Source of the DNA: Dudresnaya verticillata
Taxonomy: Eukaryota
Length of the DNA: 64,000 nt
NCBI GenBank assembly: GCA_977862235.1
Contig: OZ374560.1
Location: forward strand, 62,001 to 126,000
Direction: 5' to 3'
Shown here: piece after piece, positions 1 through 11,725 of the stretch
Layout: every line of letters starts with the position of its first letter
How positions within the stretch are numbered: position 1 is the first letter of the stretch
Notes under the pieces: model-generated
Told to the model about the DNA's origin: nothing
Seen by the model: only the letters and a program-made list of their open reading frames with translations
The model's database searches: none
Translations under genes and position numbers: made by a program

Positions 1-626
1 TAAAACGAAGAAAATGAAAAGGGGTTAGAGTGGTAGAGCGGGGCTACCGACGCCGAGGACCACAATCCCAACGAATACGTGTGCGGAAGGGATAATTGCG
101 AGCAAACGATCAACAGGGATGATTGGAGGCGCCCGGGATATTGAAGGCGATACTCGACCGTATACGCAAACATGGACTCGAAGACACCGAACACGAAGAA
201 AAGGGTGTTTAGAGTAGACTCCGAGGTGCGGGCCCTAGTCGCTTACTGGGACATCTTGGAGGTCGTGCCAGACGACTGTCTAAGTACTACTACGCAAGCA
301 GGAATACGCGTCAAACCGGGAGACGGTTCGCACTCGGCTAATTCGTAACGGCCTCGGAGCCCGCGAACGGCAGTCTCTCGTATGGTGGCGGTTACGAGAT
401 ACGCCAGCAATGCATACGGAGGCGCACGTGTATTGTGGGCCTCGGAGCCATTCGCGTAAACATCCACGGGAAAACAAAGAGCTGTCAGAGATTTCGTATA
501 CAGTAGCGTACAGTAATGTGAATGCCATTGTGGCGCGCGTAATCACAGAGTCACTTCGAAATTCGTATTTCGAGATTATTTTCACGTAGACAACGGAGTC
601 AATTTGCGAACAGCGGTTATACCACA
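1..626 (-). mobile_element. LTR of Gypsy family A (runs off window start), inserted into a MULE transposase relic
   Basis: Colinear, diverged homolog of the LTRs at 31096-31941 and 35128-35984; ends ...TTATACCACA at 626 (TGTGGTAT terminus on - strand). Confidence 0.85.
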
Positions 627-1378
627 TATTTGACAAAATGCGTGAATGAACGACTGCCTGTATGCAGCCTGATTGTTGCTGAGCCACTGCACGAAAGATG
701 CCCACCTTCTCCCCATTCCATATATGACACTGAGTGCTTCGTTAGCAGCTTCGGTGCTAGACACATTGCGAGGCCCAACTGCCCAACTGCATACATCTGG
801 TTATTGTCCAAAAGTCACATTTTTCCATGAACATACTCTTCGCATGTACATCACACCCATAACAAACTGAATCCAGGTAGGTAATAGGCATTCCTGATGA
901 AAAGTTTTGGTTAGAGTACTGTGTAGCGCAAAACCATGCGTCCATGGTGAACTTTTTGCTCCTAGATCGTCGATCCAGAGGGTCTTATAGTCCCATTCCC
1001 TTCATTCTTGAGACAAGTTCACCGAAAAGAAACTTTCTTGCTGCCAATGTCTTCCTGCGAGCGATTTGCCTCATCACTTCGAACACTTTCCCTGTTTCCG
1101 GGTCGCTCGCTACTGAGCTCGAAGTTGAAGTCATCTTCGTAGCTGCTTACGGTTCCGAATGTACCATCATAACCAAGCATCGGTTTCTTGACAACTCTTT
1201 GTAGAAGCTCGGTATTGCAGAGGATAATTGAATAAGATTTGATCACGAGTCCTTCTCGCCACATCTTGTTGTCTTTCTTCAATGATTGAGATGATGTACT
1301 TATTCTCATCATTATTGAAATTGAGCTTAAAATAAGCAATCAATGCCTGCATTGATCGACCAAACAGGTACAGCTCCA
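627..1378 (-). pseudogene. Mutator-like (MULE) transposase fragment, inverted diverged copy of 23239-24000
   Basis: Peptides LLQRVVKKPMLGYDGTF, YGCDVHAK and MSSTEAANEA match the copy at 23.2-24.0 kb; frameshifted. Confidence 0.8.
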
Positions 1379-1436
1379 ATACTATGGCACAGCCGGATAC
1401 TTTCACGAAGTCTATCCCACTGCCAAGCCTCCGTCA

Positions 1437-4400
1437 GTGGACGATTTGGACCTGGGACATCTCCCCGCCGAGCATCAAGGTCGGCGTAAGGAGATGTTAC
1501 GAAAGTATTCGTCTATGTGGGACGGTTCGTTGGGAGAAATCTCAACCACGGAGCACTACATCGACTTGCTTCCCGGCTCTAGACCGATATCGTCCCCGCC
1601 TTACCGAGCGGGGCCGAAGCAAAGACAACTCGCTCAAATGGAAGTGGACCGCATGCTGCGTCAAGGGGTTATCGAACCCACACAATCGCCGTGGGCGTCA
1701 CCAGTGGTATTCGCCCCCAAGAAGGACGGGACCCTCCGATTTTGAGTAGACTACCGCCATTTAAACGCAGTAACCGTAGGGGATACGTACCCGCTGCCGC
1801 GTATCGACGAATTCATTGACAATATCGGGGAAGAAAATGTCTTCACCACCCTATATTTCAAGAGTGGGTACTGGTAGGTGCCGATCAATCCGCGAGATCG
1901 CGATAAGACCGCGTTCACGTGCCACGCCGGACTGTTCCGCTATAAGCGTATGCGTTTCGGTCTCACGAACGCACCCGCTACGTTTCAACGAACGCTTGAC
2001 ATACTGCTTGCTGGTTACAAGTGGCGTTCGTGCCTCGTCTACCTCGACGACGTAATAATCTTCTCCAGCGACATCGACAGTCACTTCCGTCATGTTGACG
2101 AGATCCTTTCAATACTGCACCGCGCTGGGGTGACCCTGAAGTTGACCAAGTGTGACTTATTCACCCCGACCGTCAACTACTTGGGTCATCTCATACGTCC
2201 AGGACGGTTAGAAGTTGACCGAAATGTCACTGCCGCGCTACGCGAATCCAAGCATCCACGGGATCAGAAGGAGCTACGGAGCTTCCTCGGTCTTTGTAAC
2301 GTCTACAGACGGTTCATGTTGCGATACGCGCATGTCGCTGCCCCCCTCAACACGTTTCTGAGGAAGGAACCAGACTTTCGGTTAGAACCGTTCAATGATA
2401 CACAAGCCAAAGCGTTCAGTACGCTCTTCGAGGCCGTGACTCATCCGTCTATACTGGCGCTACCACAGCAGGGTCTCCCCTATTCCGTCTATTTTGACGC
2501 AAGCGAGTATCAAGTCGGCTGTGCGCTCTTTCAAACGCAGCCCGACGGCGAACGGAAGCCACTTAGCTTCTGATCCCGATCGCTCACCGCTCCAGAGCGT
2601 AACTAGTCGGTCTCCGAAAAGGAGTTTCTCGGCGTAGTATGGTCCGTCATGACGTTGCGACTTTACCTCCAGATGGAGTCATTCACCGTTCATACGGACC
2701 ATTCCTCGTTGAGGTGGCTGATGGAAATCAGCGACCCCTCTGGACGGTTAATGCGGTGACGCCTTCGCCTTTCCGAGTTCGACTTCGTCGTGAAGTACAA
2801 AAAGGGGTACCGGAATACTCAGGCAGATGACCTTTCGCGTCTACAGACGAAGGGGAAAACCGTGGAACCCATTGACGATGATATACCATGCTATCATGGA
2901 AGCTACGTCGCAGACGGACATCAAACGTCACAGGACGATCTGTCACACGCCGAATGCGAGGTCGACTTCTCCGAACGAGAGTTCGAGAGTTCGACCAAGT
3001 GTTGATTAACAACACGCCACCGGCGGATGAGGCAATCCTTCGTCAAGTGACGCATGAAGAGTTGGTACACGCCCAAGACAATGACCAATACTGTAACGAA
3101 ATCAGGAAGCGTCTGGACGACGGGGTCACCTTACCGTTCGCAACGGATGAACAAGGACTGTTGGTCCGAACAGTGGACGTCCGCCCGCAAGTGGTCGTAC
3201 CCTCCGCGTTACGCGCTCGCTTACTCCACCTCTGGCACCACGCCAAGTTGGCAGGGCACCCAGGGGGGGTAAATTGTATTATTCGCTTCGACGCGAATAC
3301 TACTGGCCATCGATGCCAGTTGACTGCTACGCGACCGTCCGCAACTGCGTAACCTGCGCTAAGAATCGCGTATTGTTGTGGAATAACACCAAGCAATTGA
3401 AGTTGTTCCCCGCAACCGAGCCTCTCGAGTTCGTATCGATCGACATTCTGGGCGAACGCATACGCACGAAGCGAGGAAATAAATTCCTACTCGTCATTGT
3501 GGGCCGCTTCTCGAAGCTGGTCCGGATGGTGCCCCTACGTAATGTTACGGCATTGGAAATCGCTAACGCGTTTGTACGACATTGGGTATTCGTGTACAGG
3601 CCCCCCAAGAAACTGTTGTCCGACAACGGACCACAGTTTGTGGCTAAGTTGTTTCAGGATATCTGCCGTATTTTGGGAGTGGAGAATCTCTTCACCACGA
3701 CGTACCACCCGCAATGCAATGGCCAGGTAGAACGATTCAATCGAACTATCCTGGCCTCCCTGTGTCACTACGTTGCGGATCATCCGAGGGACTGGGACCT
3801 GTTCACGGATGCCTTGACATTCGCATACAACACACAGTTGCATTCGTCTACGCATCTCGCTCCGTTTGAATTGGTGCTGTCTAAGCCACCACGGCCATTG
3901 TCGATCGAAGCGGAACCGTCGCTCGAAAGCGTACCCACCGCGGGGCAATACTACACCAAATGGCGAACCTGGCTGGCCGCACTGATGGAACCGCTAAAGC
4001 GTCATTAGAGAAAACGTAAGCACGTTAAAAACGGAACTTCGATACCCGATTAAGGAAATCCAGGGAAGCAATCGCAGTAGGCGACTTCGTATTCGTACGC
4101 AAGGAATACTTCGCCAGAGGCGACGGCACTGATCGCGCGGAGCGGAAGCATAAGTTGGCGCCAGTGGCGAACGGACCATATCGGGTAACTAACGTTGATA
4201 ACGAGACAGTAACCGCCGATAAGGGACTTGACGAGCGGGAACATTTGTCCCGAGACCGCGTGGTCTGGGCGCCGACCGCACCGGGTCAGGCGGCCCCTCC
4301 AATCGTCGTATCATCAGGCCCGCCCGCGACGCAAGGCGCAGTCGCCCCCACGCTACAGGACGAAGGGATGACTAACCCAGACACGCCACCAGCGGACCCA

Positions 4401-5050
4401 GAGGGTGACGCAGAGACTTCGCATACTATGGGAGATCCGCAGGAGCGTACAATTGCAACGTCACGCAGTCGTGGGTTGGCAGAGCTTTCGCCCTTCACCA
4501 CCCACTCCGACAACCGCGCCTCGCAATCCGTCTCCAACGACGACAGTACCCCAAGGGTTCGCACCCGTTTGGAACACCTCGCTACGGCACCGCCGAATGA
4601 TAACAATGACTCCGCTGAAAGCGCATCTGATAACGAAGACGTTAACCGTGCAAGTACGAAGCAAGGCGCTGCAAGCGATGGACTCGTCCCAAGACGCAGC
4701 AGCCCAGTGACCGCTGAACGAGCGTCCGAGGCCCAAGGCGAACGACTTCGGCGATCACCCCGTCGAGTACGCTTCGCCGAACCGGTACAGACGCCCATCA
4801 CGCAGCAAGACGAACTGCCAAAGGCGCTGGAAGGGCCCACGTCCGAGCCGATCGCTGTGAGCGGGAAATAATACGTTATTAAAAAGTCGCAGGCGTACGT
4901 GGATGATGATGAGATCCTCTACCGCGTCAAGTGGTTTGGATACTCCGCTTCAGCAAACACCTGGGAGCCAGTCTCCAGTTTGCCGCGATCCCACGTCACA
5001 CGGTACCACCGTCGAAAACGTACGCATCTGCCGCCAAACGTCGACGACGC
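1437..5050 (+). pseudogene. pol: Gypsy pol (RT, RNase H, integrase, chromodomain) with many stops and frameshifts
   Basis: SPWASPVV, RF*VDYR, YLDD, DASEYQVG, GHPG..CxxC, SDNGPQF, YHPQCNGQVER, YRVKWFGYSASANTWEP. Confidence 0.93.
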
Positions 5051-6405
5051 GCAGCGCGGCTAACCCTAATCCGGAAATACCGCTCGAAGCGAATGGACGG
5101 ACGATCGAGACCGCGTGCTCGACTTACGGTCGCCGAAGGCGCGGAAGCCCAACCCGTGGCCTGTGGGCGCGGTCGCCACAGCGATAGCCCCGGACACGTG
5201 TGCGCGTCATGGACGGACGCGGGCGCAAGTCGTTGCATCATAGACAGCCACGCGCACGGACACCTCGCAGCGGCCACCATACAGGACCTCTGGATAGGTG
5301 CGCGGTTGACAGTGGATCCAGATCGCAAATTGAGATCCGCCGCCCGCGCCCCTCGGGTAATAGGAGCGAAACGTTATTGGACAAGTTTTAATTTGCAAAC
5401 ACGGCAGCGCGCATCACCCAGCAGTCAACGCGCGACGAACACCATCATTACAAGGGGCTGAGAAGGTGCTACGAGCACCAGCGACGACAGGCGCAAGTGG
5501 TAGCGCGCAACAACCGTCTCCGACGCCGAGATGCCCACTCGCACCGCGGCCAAGTCCCTGGGACCGTCACCCTGCCGGCCACAGCCTTGCGCGAAAGCAC
5601 ACGTTGAACATCTCCGACGTAACTTGCCGAGAAGGGGCGCACCGACAAACCCACCGACGAAGGGGGGAAGGCGGTTGAAGACGCAGTTGTCGTGGGTTCC
5701 GTGCACGACGCGCCAAAAGATCGCGCAATGACTCCGCCGCTGCCTGCGGCCACCGCGGCCACAGTCGCGCGATGGAGACCATTCCCTGACCCAAAGAGGA
5801 ACGTCGGAGACGAAAGTAGCAGCAACGACAAAGCGTCAACACCTACCTCACCGCCTTCGCGACCCTCGTCCAGGACGCCGAGAAAAGCAATACGCCGTAA
5901 TAGAGACGACGTGAGGGGCACAGGGGCTCAACCCAGCCCCACCTACACGCAAACACGCCCAAGGCGCAGTGCGACACACGCACTACAAAACGCTAAGTCA
6001 GCGGAAATACGCCAACCGCCGCACGTGCAACACGAAGAACAACGCTACTGCAGCGGACACTACCAGCCAAACGCAGCCGAAGCGAAAGGCGCGCCTAAGG
6101 TTAATGGCATCAAACGCCAACGCTACTGTAGCGGGGAATCAAGAACACGACGCAAAGTCGAAACAGGACCACAGGTTACACCCTAAGGCCAACGAGAAAC
6201 GCGACACGGAAAGACGCTGACAATGGCCGCCGAGGTTTAATGGGCTAAAAACAAATGGGGACAACCCCTCGCCCTCGCGATCGACCACTACAGCTACATT
6301 AATCGTCAAAGACGAAGTGGAATACCCCGCTCATCGGCCCCGCAAGGGAGCCGAAGGGCAACACAATACACACCTTCGCGCCCGCTATCCGTTCCTGAAA
6401 CGACA

Positions 6406-8689
6406 TCAAGACTCTTTCGTCGCAGACGAATTGGCTGGCACACCCTCAGCAGCGCCCTTGGCGGACTCACGCAACGCCTCTTCGTAGAGCTCGTCCTCCG
6501 TCGTCGACGGTACACTCACGGCAGGAGCCGGGGCGGATGGCAAAGGTCTTGCCACTGCAATTGCCGTAGTGACCGCAACAGGCGCCGCAGGCGAAAGGGG
6601 CGACTTATCAACCGCCTTTAGCGTCGTCGGGAAAATATCCGCCGCAGGCGATGAAGCAACAACACCCGCCATAGGCGCAGAGCTCAAGCTATCATTCGCC
6701 TTAGGCGCAGGCCCAGCCCCATCCGCTTTAGGCGCAGTCCACGACTCATCAACCGTCTTTGGGGTAAGTTCAGAAACCGCCTCGATCGGCGTCGCACCCT
6801 CCCTCGCCTTCGGCGTTGTTAACTCTACAATCGTCACTGACGCAGGAGATCTGGCCCCTTCTGAGCCGTCGACAACCCCATAGCATTATTTGCCTCGCTC
6901 GCCGCAGGCGGTACAGTCATACTCACGTCTTTAGACGCTGGACCATTCGCCTTAGGCGACGACGGCTTTTCTGCCACAACGTCATTCGACGCGGAGCCTA
7001 CGACAATAGTCGATTTCGGCGCGGACCTACCCTGAGGCGGAACCGCAGCCGACAAAGATTGGCTCACCCACAGAGTGGGTGAGCCGCTCAAAGCGCTAGT
7101 AGCGACGCTGGCAACCTGCAACAACGCGAGGACCGTACAGCGCTATTATTCGGTCCATACCGGCACACTGGGAGCCTTTCCTGAACCGTCTATGACGCTC
7201 GATGCTCCGCCTGCTGCCATTGCGGACGGGGGTGGCTCGGACACTGGCACCGCCATAATTAAGTCGCCCTCGTCGTCCGCAACGGGCGCCGCAAGGTCCA
7301 AGGGCGCAACGGCGGCTACGCCGGTCGGCATCGCACTCGCCGTAAGAGGGTCCGTGGGCAACGTCGTAGACGAAAAAGCCGCTCCAGCGGAAGACTCAAT
7401 CGCCATAGGCGTACCAATAGCCGTCCCAAACGAGTTAACCGTCCGCCGTTGGCGTGAAGAGCATCCTCTTCCGCCATTAAGGCGCTCAAGTGAGGAGGAA
7501 AGTCACCGACAAAGTCGCAGGTCTTACGCAAACCGCGCGGGTGATTACCCGGAGTGAAGCGATCGGTCTTGCGATGGCGTTCTGCAATGTTCTTCGTCGT
7601 ACGACGCTTCGTCCAAGGGTTGAACCAAATCCAATCGCCACAGGCGAAATGACTACGACTCATCGCGTAACGCGGACGATTCGCCTTACGGCGGTTGTTG
7701 GCTAACGTAATGGCAACGGGGTCGTTCCAATCGATCTCATCCGCAATAGCGCGCAGGTCCCAGAACTCCTCGGAGTTCCTGGAACCACCAAATGTTTCGA
7801 CCAAGTCGAGACTACCGAGATGGGCGACCACACGCGGTGGTAGATGATACATACGGAAGGTGTCATACACCTCCCATAACCAAGTATACGCCCCGTTGGC
7901 GACCCACTCGGTGTAGAACACGATCCAATACCTGGAATACGGGTCCGTCATCAGCTCGGAACCAAGATACGTGACACACAGGGGGAGCTCTGTTGCGAAA
8001 CCTTTGCATATCTCGAATTCACGCCATACAGGCGGCACCTTCACAAAACAGTAAGGTAACTTACTACGCTCAATGCGGTCGACCTGCATGTCCTGGTACG
8101 GCACAAACACACCCTTTCGGCGACGAGTTTCACATTCCCAACGGATACAACGCTCCCAGAAGAACGTACCCGTCCGATACAGATAACGAAAATCCTCTTT
8201 TAAGCGTACACCTAAGAGGTAAGCCTCTTGCAAAATGCAAGGCTCGATTGACACGCTCACGTGCTTCAGCGACAACTTCCCGAGACGAGCACCATATTCG
8301 GCCTCGCCGGCTGTACGGTATTGCCCTGCATCGAAATTGAAGAGGGGTAGCGTTAACGTCGACCCGAGGTAACGCGTAAAGCGTCGATATACGTCTGAGA
8401 CGAACTGCGCGTGGACTTCCGCACGCGATTGTCCCGCTCGCACCCTAAGCCAACCCGCAGGAACCGCACAGCGCAACTTCCACTCTAACGTCCAGACGAC
8501 GCCAAGGGGCAGGCCCCCTGGCAAGAAACCGCTGGTAGCGTAATGAGAGACCAATTCTTCCTCGCGCAAAGCCTCCTGGTCAAACCAGGGGGCCCGCGCG
8601 AAGAAATGCGCGTGATCGCGAGGATTCTTACCGACAAAGTCGACAGGTGACGCGTACACCGGCGCGGCCGAGGGCGCTGCCACCTGCAT
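6406..8689 (-). pseudogene. Antisense accessory ORF of element E: conserved unknown domain plus frameshifted Ala/Pro-rich tail
   Basis: 479-aa ORF 7316-8755 (first ATG 8689), continuing via 7146-7406, 6834-7124 and 6406-6837; motifs shared with antisense ORFs of B, C and F. Confidence 0.75.
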
Positions 8690-9351
8690 ACCATTGAATG
8701 TCGGCAAAACGTCAAAGACTAAAATATGTTCGCGCCGCTGGCGATGAGTACACAAACGTCAAAGACGACTCGTATCCGGCGCCACTGGCGAAAGCTTCTC
8801 GAAGCGTGCGTCGAGGACGATTATTGTCCAACGACACTGGACGAAACCTTACAACCGCACGTCAACGAAGATTCAGTTGCTACGCCCCAGGCGATACACA
8901 AAGCAGAACGCCAGCAGGCGAGGGAATCTGAACGTCGTCAACGACGGGGATCGAGAGGCGCGATGATGTCGGCGTAGTGCAAGGGCACGCGGCGCGCGAC
9001 ACGCACGAGGTCTCGCACGGCACAGCCGAAGTCGAAAGACGCGCGCGCAGACACACCAAGACGAAGGACAGGAACGGTCAAAGACGAAGGCAAGCGCGCG
9101 GCAGCAGGTTGAGGGTCGGACGTGTTCGCGTTTTGGAGGGGGGTCGTGTGGTGCAAGGGGGGTGAGCCCCTTTTTCACTGAAAGCGGAGCAACAAACACG
9201 TCCACCGACGGAGAAACCGCCACCGGCGCTCACCACCGCCGTTGGCGCACGAACACGTCATCGACGGCTCACTGGGGCGCACGCACACGTTGCGCGCCGC
9301 GCGTCATGCGGGCACTGTACGGTGATGGGCCGACATGGCGCCCCGGGGCAC

Positions 9352-10276
9352 TGTAACACGGATCTAGATGGGATCCGGATCGGGTATCCAGATTGGCTGT
9401 CTGGATCGTCTGCGCTGTAAGGTACGCGCCTGTAAGGCTGCGAGTGTTCGCATTGCTGGCCCGGATCCGGATGGGGATCGGGATCAGAAAAGTATCGGAT
9501 TATATCAAGGGCGCACGCTCTACAGTACGCCCGCGCACGGCTGTAAGGCGCACGCGTCCACGTGTGTGTAAGCGGCCACGCAGGGGGTTGCGCGGCAACC
9601 TGTCAGGCGCGCGGCTGCATACGATGGGTGATCTCTCAGATACGCCTCGGGACGACACGTGTCCCGAGTTCCCGCGCCACGCACCCGCACCGCCGCCGCC
9701 GCACCGTCGTGCTATACTTAGGTAAACCGTCCTAGACGTAGCAGTAAACGCCCGGACAAGCCGGCCTGGGTCCAGACTTCCCCATTCCGCACGCACGTAA
9801 CCTCCGCTACCGCTGCCTACGGCCTAAGCGTCTACCTCACGTGCTTCCACGATCAACCACCGTTGTTGACGTGTTTTCTTTTTGTTCTCTTTTGTTCTTC
9901 CTTTCCGCCTCGGGCGTTTACAGTCCGCCAAAGGCGTGTCAACCGCTCTACCACAAGCCGCCCTAGGCGAGGTTCCTCACCGCCACGGGCGTCGTTACCC
10001 ACCGAGCCCCGGACTGCTCGGCGGTGTTTTGTCCAGGACGTTTGCACCACAGCTTCGCCTGCGCTTCCGTGTCAACCTACGTCCCAGACCCTTCTCTCTC
10101 TCTTTCCCTTTCCCCCTTTCTCTTTGTTGCTTTGTTTCTACCTTTACCGCCCAGGGCGTTTATAGTCCGCCCTCGCCGCGTTTCCTTCGCTCTACCACAC
10201 CCTCGCTACCAGCGTGCTACCCACCGGGATCGAATTACCCGGAGGTGCTCCTCCTCTCTAGACGGTTTGCACCACA
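9352..10276 (+). repeat. 3' LTR of element E with an internally duplicated 3' segment
   Basis: Starts TGTAAC after CCCCGGGGCAC and ends TTTGCACCACA; GGGCGTTTA(C/T)AGTCCGCC and TTTGCACCACA each occur twice (~9900-10051 vs ~10140-10276); abuts pogo coding sequence. Confidence 0.65.
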
Positions 10277-10566
10277 CCATGCGCTGAACATTTGTCCATG
10301 AGCAGCAAAACCTTACGGCCCGTGGTCCGTCCAATACAGTTGTAAAATATGACAAGCCAAGCGAACAAAAGCGATGTGTTCATCCACGCCTTCTTGCTGG
10401 CATGGTAATCGAAACCCAGTTCCTGACCGCATTTTTTCTTGGGTTGATTGCATTGCCGATCACCATAAGCGGCATCTTCTCGGACCCATCGGCGTTGCAG
10501 CAAGCGAGGAACGTTAAGCGTGTTTTGTCCTTCTTGTGTCCTGAAACGACACCCTTCGAGTGTCCA
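10277..10566 (-). pseudogene. pogo/Tigger (DDE_1) transposase fragment sandwiched between two LTR insertions
   Basis: GHKKDKTRLTFLACCNADGSEKMPLMVIGNA..., then YHASKKAWM...RKVLLLMDKCSAH. Confidence 0.88.
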
Positions 10567-11218
10567 TGTGGAAGAATGAGCCGCAGCAGAGTGCCAGCGC
10601 ACTGTAAGTCAAGCGTGCGTCAAGCTGTAAGACACACGCGCGCATCAAGCTGTAAGGCGCGCACAAGCCCCGTGCGCTGAAAGAACAATGTGCCCTTCTG
10701 GCGTCCGTGCTGGCACAAAATTTGATGGCGAATTGCCATTGGGTAATGTACTGTGGTCGCTCACGCGGTCCGACGCGGTACTACCGCTAATCCGTATTTA
10801 TAACTGACAACAGTATTATGTGATTAATAATTATAGCTAGAATAGCTTAGAATAGAGAATAGGACGTAAGAGCATTTCCGTCTCTGCTATACTTAATAGG
10901 CCCCTAAGTAGCCGGGGCCTCCTGAATAGAACCCCACGGTGGGTTTGGGTTTTTACTTGTTTTCTGGAACTCACGGACTAACCGTACAATCGCGTTCAGG
11001 TGCTTTACGCGGTCTAGGCACGCAAGACAGCGTACTCTGCGTCCCCTAGGGTGGCACCGCCCTTTTCCCTTCTTCCCCTTTTTCCTAGGCTTTGTTCCTT
11101 TTCCCCAAGTCTCTACCAGCCCCCTTTTCCATCGAACTACCCAAAGTAGTACTGACTGTAGGACAGGTTTTCTAGGTGTTTCTACCGTTCTACCTGACCC
11201 TCCGGCTATTCTACTACA
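10567..11218 (+). repeat. 5' LTR of element F
   Basis: TG...CA ends, followed by a PBS; homologous to 16292-16570. Confidence 0.88.
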
Positions 11219-11219
11219 G

Positions 11220-11237
11220 TGGTCTCCCGACCTAGAA
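11220..11237 (+). promoter_or_regulatory. Primer binding site TGGTCTCCCGACCTAGAA
   Basis: TGG-initiated 18-mer 1 nt after the LTR end; identical to the PBS at 31077-31094 (-). Confidence 0.88.
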
Positions 11238-11725
11238 TCGTTTTCAGGGTCGCTCCCTTTTTACTACCTCATCCTCAAGCTGTCGTTCCGAACTTTTCAC
11301 GGGACGAGATTTCCCCGTGGAAGAATTCAAGGAACAACGTCCTGAGGGTGAAACCCTAGTCGGCCAAGTGTCGACGGTTTCTCAGCTTCATATCAAGCTT
11401 CGAAGTGTTGTCAAAATCGAAGCAAGCAACTGCCACCGCTTCGGCGGTTTTTAATCGTGTACAAGGAAGAAGACCCCGGTCATGGAGTGACGCCCCTACA
11501 AGGAACTCTTCCTCCAGGTTATCGTGACACCTGTCATCAAAAACACGTCTGTATACGGGCTGTGCGGTCGCACACGCTGGGAGTTTCACGTGGACAGAAT
11601 CGCCCGTAACCCCGACAACTACGGTTCTGAGAAGTTTGCCATCCTAGGGAGAAGCTCCCCGATTATTTCAACCACAGGACCGGATCCTACATTTCAAGGT
11701 TGTCGATAACAACCTCGTTTAGAAG

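Larger units (their letters stand above)
1400..10276 (+). mobile_element. 5'-truncated Ty3/Gypsy chromovirus-like retrotransposon (family E): pol relic, antisense ORF, 3' LTR
   Basis: RT-RNaseH-INT-chromodomain order; LTR-like block 9352-10276 with TGT...ACA ends; gag and 5' LTR absent; left boundary approximate. Confidence 0.85.

Noticed and set aside
5060..6400. ORFs between pol and the antisense ORF of E
   Set aside because: Overlapping GC-rich low-complexity frames on both strands without motifs or homologs in the other elements
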